A DNA stretch of 64,000 nucleotides. It comes from Gracilinanus agilis (taxonomy: Eukaryota). Below the pieces are notes generated by a model. That model saw only the letters and a program-made list of their open reading frames with translations. It was not told where the DNA came from and did not search any database. The translations under genes and the position numbers were made by a program. The DNA is taken from assembly GCF_016433145.1 (NCBI RefSeq), contig NC_058130.1:202220827-202284826 (forward strand), given 5' to 3'. Shown here piece after piece: positions 46,801 to 60,800 of this stretch (position 1 is the stretch's first letter; each line of letters opens with the position of its first letter).

Positions 46801-48590
46801 AATACCCCAAATGTACCTCAAACCCAGGATAGGATTGAGGTGGGGAGGGGCAAGTACAGCAAAAGGAGTGTATTAGTAGTCCTTTTTGGTTTCCATGAAA
46901 CACTCGTCCTAGATTTTTAGTAAAGATTTGTTGAATTAGAGTTCCCTAAAAGCCCAAATCTCTTTCACAGAAATTGTTGTCCAACTATGCCTCCACTTTT
47001 TTATTTGTATACTTCCTAATGAATGAAGTAGCAACATCTATTACTTTATTTTAACCTCACAACAGCCCCCTGAGTATAGGTATCATTATATCCATTTCAG
47101 ATTAGGATAAGAAGGCTCAGAAAGGCTCCGTGATTTGCCTGAAACCACACAGCAAGTCAGTCGCAGAACAAGGGGCGGATCACATATCCTTAATTTCCAA
47201 CCCAGGGTTTCTCACTCCTTGTCACACTCATTTTCTTAAGGTCCACAAAGTGAGGATGAGTCACTCTGAGACACAGGGGCCACTGACGCAGTGTCATGTG
47301 GAAGATACTGGAAACATCCTACCCTTTCCCCCTTCTTTCTGGTGAGGAGAATCTTCTGGGTCCTTGCCAGAGATGAGATGAAGAGAAGAAAAACATGACA
47401 TTTAATATCTCTGGGCCTCAGTCTCCTCATCTGGGAAACAAGATTTTAGATAAACTCTAGGCTTATTCTAGATTTCACAGATAATTTCTCTGGTCATTCC
47501 AATGTGCAATTCCAAATGCAAACATCTCAGTCTGACATTCAAGGTTCACTATACTCTGTTCCTAATCTTCCTAGTCTTCTCTTCTGCTGCTGCCTTATAT
47601 GTACCCAAGGTTCCTAGTACATTGGCAGAGCTTTTATTCACACTGATCTACCCATTGCTATTTTTCTATCTGAATTCTACTCAGCTATTATGGGCCAGCC
47701 CAAACCCTACCTCCTTTGTGATAATCTCCCTAACTACCCCAAAACCTAGATCTCCTGCAGTTCTTGCCATCTGTCCCTTATCACTTATCACCCTTATCAC
47801 ACCCATCCTTTGGCCTCATATTATCGACTATCTTCTTTGAGGGCATTTGTCTTCTCTCCCCAGCTAATTCAGAATTGGGAAACTCACAAAAGGTTCAGGG
47901 ATAGAAGTGGAGAAGAGAAGATAGTTCACCAAATTTGACTTAGGGAGATACACAACTTTAACCAATTTCCCCTAAGGGAAAAGGAACCCTCAAGGAGACA
48001 AGGGAGTTTTGAGGAAGAAGAGGAAGGCAAAATAAGGTGGGTAAAGAATTGGATAGAATAGGAAATAGATTTAGAATGTGTTGAAGTCAGGCCTATAAGA
48101 GCTGAGGAAGAGAGTCTTGGAGTCAGAAGCCCCCCTTTTTTTTTTCAGAAATCTTTCACCATAATGAAGAAATGTATGAGCTTTTGCTTCCCATTGCCCT
48201 TTCTGGTCATCACAGCAGCTGAAAGGGATGAGCTATGGTGTAAATAACAACAACTCCTTGAAGACAAGGATATTTATTTGGGGGTCTCCTTTTGTACCTT
48301 CTATATCACAGGTTCTGTGTTTATTGATTAACTTGGATGACTTTCCAAAGTTCTTTCACATATATTGCCACTTTAGACTCTCATAAGCTCCCTATGAAGT
48401 AGGGCAGGTATTATTTATCCCATTTCATTTTCAAACTGGAAAACTAAACCCCAGGGAGGGGAAAGGACTTGCCTAAGACCATAGGACAGGTTGTTGGCCA
48501 TGCTAATATTACATCTCAGGATTCTTTACTACCAGCCTTGAGCTCTTTCTAATTCTGGGGCCCCAGGGTATTCCCCCAATAGCTCAGACT

Positions 48591-48812
48591 TCATTCAGCA
48601 CATCCTTCTTCTCCACCTTCCTTTGGGTAAAGGGGTTCTCTGGTGTCTGGGTCATCACAATCTTCATTCTTCCCTTCCTCTCCGTGAAGGGGCTCTGTGC
48701 AGCTTGGGTCAGTAGCAGCAGCAGGGAGACTGGAGGCTTCATCTGTCATTCCATCCTGAACTGCACCATTAGCTTCCATCTTCTCTTTGAGGTCCCTTTT
48801 GAAGAAGCCAAT
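48591..48812 (-). CDS. ITGAL: ITGAL last coding exon, cytoplasmic tail ([16 protein letters not shown]...EEGCAE*)
   Basis: gagcag| acceptor, GFFKR motif, TGA stop at 48591-48593. Confidence 0.93.
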   Translation of the reverse strand: MGFFKRDLKEKMEANGAVQDGMTDEASSLPAAATDPSCTEPLHGEEGKNEDCDDPDTREPLYPKEGGEEGCAE

Positions 48813-51800
48813 CTGCTCATGGGAAGAGAAAAGAGAGTGCTACCAATGCCAACCCTGATCCTTCTATACCTTTGTCCCTTAGAATAAAAAGGGAAAATTT
48901 ACTTAGATCAGTTCCAAAGAGGAGCTGGCACCATGCTGAAAATCTCAGATCATTGAGTCTTAAGGACCATGGCTAGTTCCTTTGCCTACCCAATTTACCA
49001 TAGGAATTGAAGAAACTTGGTAAAGTGGAAGGTGTGCTGAAATTGGAATCAGAGTACATAGGTTCAAATCCAAGCCTTACTCAATACTTGTGTGAACCTG
49101 GGCAAGGCATTTAACCTCTATGAGACTCTGTTTCCTTTTCTGTAAAATAAGGAGACTGGACTATATTGCCTCTAAGTCTCCTTTCAGCTCTAAATCTATG
49201 ATGCCATAATCCCAAAAATGACTCTGCCAATCATGAGACCTTTCAGAATCCTCGACCAGCAGAGCAGAAAGAGACCTTAGAGATCATCTTAGCCCAAAGC
49301 CCTCATTTTTACAGAGGAGGACCAGACAGAAATGAACCACCCCAGATTATATGACAGGTCAATGATAGACATGGACCTAGAACCCAAGCTCCCCATTGTG
49401 TCAATTGGCCCCTCAGTCCATGGGATAGATAGATCCATTGGCTCCTACTATCTCTCTTTCCCTTAGTGACTCCAGCCCCTTCCCAAGTCTGAAGGAGACT
49501 CACCTTGTAGAGCAACCCAAAAATCAGCAGCAAGAGGACCAAGCCACCAATCCCACTAAGCACATAGAGGTAAAGAGAATTTTTCTCATACACAATGTCC
49601 ACCTTTGTGACAACCTGAGGGACGAGAGAGGATTATTGTAGAGAAGGTTCGTCCACCTTCTAGAAAGAGTTCCTAGGAGCCAGGAGAGAGGGAGATGATT
49701 TCTGAAAGCTTGATAGTACCTGGGATTGGGAAGACTCCTTGCCATAGAGGTGGTAGTATTTGCTAGAGTTGAATAACACAGAGATGTTGGTGCACAGGCT
49801 GGACATGGAAGAGGCCTGAGAGAGGGAGAATCCAGTGACTGCCTTAACCCCAGTTCCTACCCAGCAGGTCCACCTCCATCCCCATCCATTAGAGGAGCCA
49901 GGGTCTCAGCCACCCCACAGGCTGGTTACCTGGATCTTTTCAGTGATCTCCACCAGCCCCCTCACTTGCACCAGGGTCTCTTTCCTGAAATCAACTGTGC
50001 ACCGGAAGGTAGCCCCTGGAGTGCAGGCCTTGGGGAAAGGAAAAAGAGGAATTAAGTGAAGTTCATGAAGTCAGAGTCCCATGGTGGGGTTGGAGAGGGA
50101 CTTCATGAATGAGGCTGCTCAGGTTGCCCTTGCTCCTCACCCTTCCAGCAGCTGAATGCTTACCTGGGTGGGATGGGGCAGTTCATCCAGGACCTTAGCA
50201 TAACAGGGTACTGGAGGTTCCTAGAGGAATGATGGGAGGATAGGGAAAGGAGGGGAGGATTCTCCATCAGAGCATGAAAAAAGCATTGCACTGCGGGTTA
50301 CTCTGAGTACACATCAGATGTACTGATCCCCAACCCTGATCTTGCCCCCGTAGGTCTCCCCAGCTCAGACCCAAGCCCCCTTACCCACCCATAATGCCTT
50401 TTTGGAATCAGAGATCTTGAGCGCCCAGTTCAGATCCAAGCATCTCCTAACTTTCAATGCCTGCTCGGACTCATTAAGCCTAGAACATGATGTTACTTGT
50501 AAACAGAAGGATTTGACGTACTGAAGTTACCACTCAGATCCAGGAGTTCCCATTCTTCCTTGGACACAGAGGTCCTCATACCCCAAATTCAGCTCCAGAT
50601 TTTTTTAAACCCCTACCTTCTGTCTTGGAATCAATAGTGTATATTGGTTCCAAGGCAGAAGAGAGGTAAGGAATAGGCAATGGGGGTTAAGTGACTTGCC
50701 CAGGGTCACACAGCTAGGAAGTGTCTGAGGCCAGATTTGAATCCAGGACCTCCCAACTCTGGGCCTGACTCTCTATCTACTGAGCCACCTAGCTGCCCTC
50801 TCCAGATTTTTTCCATTGCTCCCTCTGATTCTGACCGTTTGAACAGTCCAGTTTCTTGTAAAGAATCCTCTCATCTGGCTTCTTGGCACCAAGATAACAA
50901 TCTCCAAAGCAGGAGGGAAATCAATGAAGTCCTGAGTCTTCACCTGAGGACAAAGGAGAAACAAATTGTAGCCACATGCCCCAGTTCATTGGCTTCCCAT
51001 AAGCTCCATATCTTGCTCTCATATGCTTTGTATTCCCAGATTCTATTCTTGGACCTTCTACCTCTCAGATAACTCATTCCCTATGTTAATCTAAAGGTAG
51101 AAATTTTATTGACAACAATAGGATTCTGCTTTCAGCCATATTGATTATTTTAAAAATATTTATTGCTATCTTTTGTTTTTATATCCTCTAAATTTCCAAA
51201 CATAGTCTTCTCTCCTCCTCTCCCCAGAGTGTTCCCTTCTAACAAAAAGTGAAAATTTAAAAAAAAAGCAGTTCAGCAAAACTAATCAACACAACAGCCA
51301 CATCTAACATTATATTCATTATTTTACATCCAGAGTTCTCTAACTCTACAAAGAGGGAAGGCACATTTTCTTTTTACTTCTCTGTCTGATCAACTTTTAA
51401 AAAAATTTAAAAATATTTTATTTTTCCTAATTTATACATCAAGCCAATTTTAAATTTATTTTTTTTTAATTTTGAGTTTGAAATTCTCTCCCTTCTTCTC
51501 TCACTTCCTTCACTGAGAGAGCAAGAAATTTGATATAGGTTATACATGTACAATTATGCAAAACAAATTTCCATATTATAGACTAACATTTTTAGAAATT
51601 GGAGAAAGATATAGAAGGTGGGCAGCTAGGTGGCACAGCAGATAGAGCATCAGGCCTGGTATTAGGAAGACCTGGGTTCAAATCTGGCCTTAGAAACTTC
51701 CTAGTTGTGTGACCCTGATCAAGTTGCTTATAACCCACTTTGCCTAGCCCTTACCCTTCCCTCTAAGCATTATTAATAAGATAGAAATGGGGGTATATTA

Positions 51801-54800
51801 ATAAATGAATGAAACAGATAGAAGCAGTCTAATAGAATAGAGCTAGGACTGAACTAGGAGTCAACACACCTGGACTAGGAATTCCTGCTCTGATCTTACT
51901 ACTTTTGTGATCTTGGGCAAATCTGTTCCCTTCTCTGGGCCTCAGTTTCCTTCTTTGAGGAGGAGGTAAAATTAGTGGGTTAAACTTGAGGTTCTCTAAG
52001 GCCTCTTCCAGTTCTAAAATTGTGAGAATCTATTAGTTTTATCAGGTTTGAATCATAGGACCAAGACTTAAAAACTGGAAGGGAACTTATAGATGATCAA
52101 GTCCAACTCTTTGTTTTACAAATGGGAAAATGGGGCACATAAGAATGAGGTGACTTGTTGTAGTACCCACAAATAGTAAGCATCTGAGGTAGAATTTCAA
52201 CGCAAAAGGTTGACACCATCACAGTAACTGGTTCAAAATGGTCTAGAGCAGTGATTCCCAAAGTGGGTGCCACCGCCCCCTGGTGGGTGCTGCAGCGATC
52301 CAGGGAGGCGGTGATGGCCACAGGTGCATTTATCTTTCCTATTAATTGCTATTAAAATTTTAAAAAATTAATTTCCAGGGCGCTAAGTAATATTTTTTCT
52401 GGAAAGGGGGGTGGTAGGCCAAAAAAGTTTGGGAACCACTGCTCTAGAGCAATGAGCCAAAATCACTATGAAATTCAACAGGAATAAATTCAGAGTTCTA
52501 CATTTAGGTTAAAAAAAAATCTATCGCCCAAGTAAATGATAGAGAATCAATTACTTGGATGATAGATTTTTTTTAACCTAAATGTGTACCAGGAACTATG
52601 TTAAACACTGAACAATTAGACAGCTGACAACAAATTTAATAAGAGCCAACATCATGATAGAGTTCCTTAAAAAACTAATAGCAGGGGGAAGCTAGGTGGT
52701 ACAGTGGATCGAGCACCATGCCTGAAGTCAGGAGGACTGGGTTCAAATCTGACCTCAGATACTTCTTCCTAGCTATGTAGCCCTGGGCAAGTCACTTAAC
52801 CCCATATGCCTAGCCCTTGCCCTTCTGTTTTAGAGCTGTTACTAACCAGAAAGTAAGGGTTAAAAATAAAAACAACACACAACTAATGCCACCTTGGGTT
52901 GCGTCAATCAAACTATAGTATCCAGACGGTCTCATTGCACTGCTTTGAGTTTGTCAGACTACATATAGAGGGAAGCGTGTCCAGCTTGGTATTAAATTAA
53001 TTAAATTAAATAATTAATTTTTTAAATTTTAATAGCAATTAATAGGAAAGATAAATGCACCTGTGGCCATCACCGCCTCCCTGGATTGCTGCAGCATCCA
53101 CCAGGGGGCAGTGGCACCCACTTTGGGAATCACTGCTCTAGACCATTTTGAACCAGTTACTGTGATGGAGCACTGCATTATAAGAGAGACTTTATCCAAT
53201 TTGGGGGAGCTCAGAGGAGGACCTGAAAGGTATCTCATAAACCAGACTACTTAATTGGTTCATGTATTTGGGAAAGTTTAGCCTAGAAAAGAAAAGCCTG
53301 GGGTGACAGAGGGATGACAGCTCTCTTCAAGTACCTGAAGGGCTGTTATGTGGAAGACTGATTGGATTTGGGGCATTTAGGTGGCTCAGATAGAGAACCT
53401 GGAGACAGGAGGTCTTGGGTTCAAATCTAACCTCAGACTTGTCCTAGCTGTGTGACCCTGGACAAATCATTTAATCCCAATTGCCTAGCCCTTACCACTT
53501 GTCTGCCTTAGAACTGATACTTAGCACTGTGGTAAAATCAAATGTAATAGACTTCTGTACTAGCAGCAATGCAATGACCCAGGACAATTCTGAGGGACTT
53601 ATGAGAAAGAACGCTCTCCACATTCAGAGGAAGAACTATAGGATGGAAACAGAAGAAAAACAACTGCTTGAACACATGGGTTGATGCAGACATAATTGGG
53701 GTTATGGAACCATGGAACCATGGAACCATGGAAACATTTTCTAAAAAATAAAAATTAAAAAAAAATCTATACCAAAAAAAGAAAGAAAAGAAAACTGATA
53801 CTTAGTATTAATTCTAAGATAGAAGGTAAGTTAAAAAAAAAAAGTGATTGGATTTGTTTTGCTTAGATCCAGAGGTTAGAACCAGGACCGGAAGGAGGAA
53901 AGTGACACATTTTGGGCTCATTACAGGGAGCCCCCTGATAATGAGAGTCCAGCGATAAAGCCAGAGTCCAGTCTTGTATGTGTTCCAACATTAGGCTTGA
54001 TGATCATTGGTCAAGGTTCCTGTGGTGTGGATCTTAGCTCTGGATAAGTCATTGGATTAAATGATCCCAGAAGTTTCTCTCTGTTTTAAGATGTTTAAAA
54101 CAATTTTTAAATGTTTTTTTTTTTAAATAAACTCTAACCTTCCATCTTAGAGTTAATACAAAGTATAATTCCAAGGCAGAAGAGGGGTAAGGACTAGAAA
54201 ATAGCAGTTACTTGCTCAGGGTCACATAGCCAGGGAGTATCTGAGACTGATTTTGAATCTAGGACCTTCTGTCTCCAGGCCTGGCTTGCTATGCACTGAG
54301 CCACCTACTTGCCCCCCTCAGCTTTAAGATTTTAGCCTAAAAGTCTATGATTCCTACCTCATAAATATGCTGGACCTTGTGGACTGTGGGACCTTTGGCG
54401 GTGAAATTGAGGTACAGAGTAGTGTTTTCCTGCCTGTGAAGAGAGAGAAGATGGAAATAGTGGATCATTATTAGTTCATGGGGGACTAAGATCACGGTGA
54501 AATACAAAGAAAACTGACTCTAGAGCAACAGAACCTGGGGTTCGATGCTGGTTCTGCTTCTTCCTCCCTCTATGACCTTGTGCCAGTCCTTTCCCCTCCC
54601 TGGGCCTCGGTTCTCTAACCTGTATTAGGAGGAGTTTGGAAGGACCGTTATTTAAGGTCCCTTCCCACTCTAAATCTATGCTCTGATGATTCCCATTCCT
54701 GTCTACTTCAGGGATTTGCAAAAGGAACTACTGGCGGCAATAAGGAAAGGATTAATACCACCAAAGGCAAAACACAAATGAAGCTACAATATGGCCCGGC

Positions 54801-57800
54801 AGAGCAGAGGTGTCAAACGTTCAGCCCCTTAACACTTCCAAGTTTGGCCCGAACCAGATTAAAATATACTTAAATATTAATTTGTTATTTCCAAATAATT
54901 AATATTGATATTAATTAAATAGTAAAATAAATCATATTGATATTAAATATTAAAACAAATAAATAAAAATTAAAACATAGATAGGGGCAGCTAGGTGGCT
55001 CAGTGTAATATATAGATATATAATATCTAATTTCTAAATATTACATCAGTGAATAGAGATCCAGACCTAAAAACAGAAGGTTCCCATTCAAATCTAGCCC
55101 TAGACACTTCCTTGCTGTGTGATCCTGGGCAAGTCACTTAACCCCCATTTCTTAGCCCTTATCACTTGTCTACCTTAGAACTAATACTCTTAGTATTGAT
55201 TCCAAGACAGAAGTTAAGGGTTTTTTTTAAAAGACACAGAAAACAATACATTTGAAAACTAAGTCAATATTTGACACATAGAGATCCTTATGTATAGATC
55301 AATGATCCAGTTTTTATTTGAGTTTGACATCACTGCCCTAGTGGGCCTCTCAGTCCTCTCCCAGGCCTTACACTTTATGTTTAAGTCCCTCCTAAGGGGC
55401 AAATAAATAAGTGGCTCAGTGGATTGAGAGCCAGGTCCAGAGAAAGAAGGTTCTGGGTTCAAATCCGACCTCCAATACTTCTTAACCATGGGACCCTGGG
55501 CAAGTCACTAAACTCCCATTGCCTAGCCTCTTTTCTTCCACCTTAGAACCAATACACAATATTGATTCTGAGATGGAAGGTAAGGGTTTAAAAAGAAAAA
55601 GGAAAAAAGCCTTCCCCCGCCCCCAGGACAACTTTAAAGTTTTATGTTCCAATGTCTATTCAAGCTCTTGCATTCTATATTCCAGAAAGTTTTATAGTAC
55701 ATTCTAGTTCTGATGTGCTATGTTCTGTGTTCCATCCAGCTCTGAAATTCTGTGTTCTAAGATTCCTTCCAACTCTAATGTCCATGTTTTAATTAAGAGT
55801 GAAGTTAAAATGTATTTTTGCTGTGTGTGCCCTTTGCTGACCTGCACCCCCTTTCCTAAGAGAATAACACCATAATATCCTCTGGTTTTCTTGAATCAGG
55901 GTTCCAAACAATTGACCAAACAATTCTCTAGGCCAGAACCCAAGGGCATCTATGGTATAGAAAACAAAAGGCCTGTCCAGTCCAGATAGCTAAGGATTCT
56001 TCACTGAGTTTCTCATCTTGGCTTTGTCTTTTGGGCTGTACCTACTGACCTCTCTTTAGATCTACAATTCTGCCACACCAAGCCTCCTAACAGTTGCTAT
56101 GACACTTCCCTGCTCAAGGACCCTTTTGCCCACCACATCATTTTTAAATTTTGGCTGAGAAATGTGATGTGGTAGAAAAGGTACAGGAGTTAAAATCATT
56201 ATAGTCTGGTTCCAACTAGAAGTCTGGCCAAATCCCTTCATCTTCCTGAACCACAGGATTCTCATCTAGATAATGGGGTTAATAATAATTGTACTCCCTC
56301 CTTACAAGGTAGCTGTCAGGGAAATAAAGAGAATTTAAACCATATAGTGCTCTAGAAATATAAACTGTTCTAGCGCAGCTTAGTGGTACAATGGATAGAG
56401 TGCTGGGCCTACAGTCAGGAAGACTCTTCTGGAGTTCAAATCTGGCCTCATGTATTTACTACCTATGTGACCTTGAACAAGTCATTTAGCCCTGTTTGCC
56501 TCAGTTTCCTCATCTATAAAATGAGCTGGAGAAGGAAATGGAAAACCACTCCAATATCTTTGTCAAGAATTTCTATATGGGGGGGGGGGGGAAGCTGGGC
56601 AGCTCAGTGGATTGAGAGCCAGGCCTAGAGATGGGAGGTCCTAGGTTCAAATCTGGCCTCAGACACTTCCCAGCTGTGTGACCCTGGGCAAGTCACTTGA
56701 CCCCCATTGCCTACCCTTACCACTCTTCTGCCTTGGAGCCAATACACAGTATTGACTCCAAGACGGAAGGTAAGGGTTTAAAAAAAAAAAAAGAAGAATT
56801 TCTATATGGGGGCACCAAAAGTGGAATATGACTGAAATGACTGAATAACAACTCATTCAAGAACGTACAGATTATGGAGTGCCTTAAATATCAGACAAAG
56901 GGTTTGATCTTTATCTGTTTGGTAGGTAATAGAGAGCCATTTAAAAAAATTTTGACCAGATCTATGCCAGATTATACCAGATTAATCTGGTAGAGGTAAG
57001 AAAGATGGATTGGAAAGGAGGAGAGAGTCTTAAGGCAAGATGATCTACTAAAAATCAATAGCAATGGGCTTACACAACTAGGAAAAGTCTGTGGCCAAAT
57101 TTGAACCTAGGACCTCAATTCTCCAGGCCTGGCTCTCTATCAGTTGAGCTGCCTATCTGCCCCATTGCTATTGTCCCAAATCCCAACCCTAGAACTCACC
57201 TATAAAACAGGAAACACATAGCAGAATGAATTAAAAACCAGAATCCTAACCAATTGCCAAGCCTTTACCACTCTTCTGCCTTGGAACCAATTCTTAGAAT
57301 TGATTCTAAGAGAGAAGGTAAGGGTTTAAAAAAAAGTCAACAGCAACAGTTTGAAACGAGTTGGTCAGTTCTAGGGTTGGGATTTGGGCAAGTCCCACCT
57401 GGGAGGTTCAGGAAAGAGCCAGAGTTAGAGGGAAGGTCACAGGGGAAGGAGTTTAAGAAGGTGGGACAGCTGAAGCCCTGGATCTTTGGTGAAAAGAGCA
57501 GAGGAAAACGTACTCTTCAATCATCACATTCACAGGGAACAGGATGGGGATCCTCTTGGTTGCCAAATTGTCTTTTAGTAGTATGGAGTCCTCATTCTCA
57601 CTGCAGACACAGATCAGTTGGTCAGTCATCAAGTATTTAAGCAGGCACTTACCTTGTCCTAGGCACAGAGGATACAAGGAAAGACAAAAACACAATCCTT
57701 GCTCTTCAAGGGCTTACATTCTAATGGGGAGACATCATGAAAATATCAATGTACGAGACAGATCCCTGTAGTCAAAATGGAAAGTATTTTTAGAAGGGAA

Positions 57801-60800
57801 TGATAAGCAGTGAGAGAAGACCAGATGAGGACTTCTAAAGATGCTGGGATTTGAGTTAAGCCTCAAAGGAAACCAGGGAAACAAGGAGGGAGTCATGAGC
57901 AGGAAGGGCACAGCAGGCTCAGGAGACAGACAGCTCACAGGGATAGCCTGGAGATAGAGAGTCATGCGTTGGGAATTGCATAGGAGGTGACATTGGGAGG
58001 GATGAGGCTTCTAGGCCTGGAGAGTAGCAGAAGACACAGAAGAAACTGAGGGAAGGCATGCTGAGATTTTATTCACCTGCTCACATTCACTTTCATCTCC
58101 AGGCTGTCCTCCCAGGAGCTGTTCAACAAGGTGTCAAACATCATCCGGACGAATACCTGGGGTTGGGAAGAGGAGGCACCAGGAAGCATTAGTTGCCTCC
58201 CAGAACTCAAGCATCACACTAGCTCTACCTCCCGTCTTCCTCCTTCCTTCCTGGGGCACAGATATTCCTCCTCCTATGCCCCAACATTCCCCTTCCATTC
58301 CATCTTATGTTCCCTTCCCAAGATGCACATATTCTAGATATTGGAGACCAGTCCCTGATTTTTCCCCTACTTCTCATTCCAGACCTATGGGGCCCATGAT
58401 TCAAAAGGATCTCACCAGAGATGGGAGGTCCTGAGTTCAAATGTGACCTCAGACACTTCCTAGCTGTGTAACCCTAGGCAAGTCACTTAACTCCCTTTGC
58501 CTAGTCCTTACTACTCTTCTGTCTTGGAACCAATAAACAGTAATGCTTTGTTATAATGATAGTTAAACTGTTACAATAACTGAGGGAGAAAAACCCAAAG
58601 GTGTGTTTGGGTGATTGACAGATGTATGCGTATATGTCTAGTAGAGTTCTCCCTCCCCCTTAATTTGAAGGTTTTCAGAGGGGTATCCCTGTGATGATGT
58701 TGAGAACAGGGATGGACAGGAACCAGTTTTCAGATAAGGGACTTCTATGGATTGAGTTTTCCAGGACTTAGCATAATGCCTGCACCCCCAAGAAACCCTT
58801 TCTGAACATAGCCCTGTGGGGGTAAGATTAAATGACGGACAGTCTTGGGTTTGGTGTAACCAAAGCTTATTAGTCTCTCCCTATTCCCTCTTCTACCTTA
58901 TACTTTTACTGTATCTTCAAAGAAAATTCTTATCTGACTGCTTATCTTAACAGTGGTTTATTATAACAAAGGAACAAAGATGGGTGAGGAGTGTGGGGTC
59001 CTTTTCAGCTTGGCTAAGCCCAAGGCTTTAGCCCAAAATGCTCTTTCCTCCTTCCTCTAGTCTTTCAACTATCTAGTCTATATACAAAGAAGTAAAAGTC
59101 TTTCTCAGTTGGCACAGAGTTGGGGCAGGAAGCTTCAGGTTGGTTCAGCTCACCTCCCGGATCAAGGACCCCTCTGGCTGCTGTAATGTCTAAACAGCCT
59201 CTGTGGTATTATTTAGGAAATATAGGAGAAACAGGATCACATTCAGGTCTTCCAGGCACCAAGGGAAAAGCAGGGAAAATCTTAGGTATTAATATGTTGA
59301 ACCCTGAGATCAGGAAAGTCCTCTGTCTCCCACCAAGTCCAGAGATAAAAGGTTCCCCCTCCCAGTTCTATTTCCCACAAGCCTCTGATGCTATTCCAAA
59401 CTGTTGTTCCTACTCTTCAAGCTTCCGTGCTTGCAACATTCCAAAAGCAAATCTCCTTTCTGTACCAACTTTTCCTATAGCTTCTAAGATAGAAGGTAAA
59501 TGTAAAGATAGTTTTTTTAGTTAAAAATATTTTTTAAAGAATCTCACCGTACTGCCTCCTTTTAAGATGGGGGAGCTCACATTGCAAGATAGAGTCCAGG
59601 CAGAGAGTTTGGTCTCATGGCTTCCTTCCTCACAGCTCACAGGGACCTGACTCTGAGGTTATAAACAGAGGAGAAGAAAACTGAAGTCATCTAGGAGTGA
59701 TAATTGGATGCCTAAAGGACAGAGATCCTCCTGGGCACTGGACTCAAAAGGAATAAGAATTTCCTTCAAACATGATGGCTGAGCCCTTCTATTCTGAGAC
59801 CAGAGCCCACCCAAGATAAAAATAAAAGTGAAAAAAAAAAGCTGGGGAAATTAGAAAACAGAAAAAAAATCCTAACCATAGAAAATTATTATGGAAACAA
59901 AGAACAAGGCACAGACTTAGAAGGGGACATTGAAATCAAAGCAGCCACATGCAAAACTTCAAAGAAAAATGGAAATTGGTCTCAGGCTTTGAAAGAGCTA
60001 AAAAAGGAATTAAAGAATCAAATAAAAGAGGCAGAATAAAAATGGGGAAGAGAAATGAAAGCAATGCAAGAAGAAAATAATAGCTTACAAAGCAGAATTG
60101 GCCAAATGGAAAAAAGAGGCATAAAAAGCCAATGAAGAAAAGAGTTTAAAGTAAAATAAACCAAATGGAAAAGGTGATTCAAAATCTCACAAAAGAAAAT
60201 CATTTCTTCTTCTTCCGGGTTAAGATGGCTGCAGAGTATTTGCAATACCTCAAAAGAACAAAAAGGCCAAGTTCAGATGAGCGAAGGGACTCCATAAAAG
60301 GGCATAGCATCGAAGTTACATGGGATTTGGGCATCTCCATGCTATAAGGGGGCAAATTAGCTCCCACCAAACCGCAAGCTGATTAAACTCTCCCCACCCC
60401 ACCTACAGGGTAAGATTCATAGCCAGCACCCTAGAATTAAAGCAGTGGGGAACAACCTCTAAGTTCTTGGCAGCAGATCAAGAGCAGCTAGACCTGAAAC
60501 CCCAGGAGGCTGAAAAGTGCACACTTGGGCACAGAAAGGAGAGTGGGGCTGGGGCAGCATACATGAGAAACCATGCAGACTCAAAAGAGTAGCCTCAGAC
60601 AAAAATTGCTCCATAGCTCCATACACAGAGAGTCTTCCCTCTTCACCCAGACTTCTGAGGGAAGCAAGAAACAGCAGAGTAATGGCTAGCAAGGCTCAAG
60701 AAAAACCAATAAAAGAAGCAAGAAAAACCCACTAACTCTAGATAATTTTTACATAGAAAAAAGCCAGACCACAGAACATACAGCAGAGGAGGACAAACAT

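Larger units (their letters stand above)
52455..53900 (+). mobile_element. CR1/L3 LINE remnant hosting several nested insertions
   Basis: gtttagcctagaaaagaaaagcc..gacagctctcttcaagtacctgaagggctgttatgtggaag is typical of CR1 3' ends. Confidence 0.7.

Noticed and set aside
53704-53737. (atggaacc)n array as a CRISPR-like or regulatory repeat
   Set aside because: It is a simple slippage repeat inside an L1 3' UTR, with no spacers.
57735-57965. Intronic segment resembling the ITGAL exon at 59548-59652 (14-bp match acagctcacaggga; acceptor then AIPVSC)
   Set aside because: Similarity stops after about 6 codons, there is no good donor, and most of the ORF lies in an L2 remnant, so it is probably chance. 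A decayed exon duplicate cannot be fully excluded.
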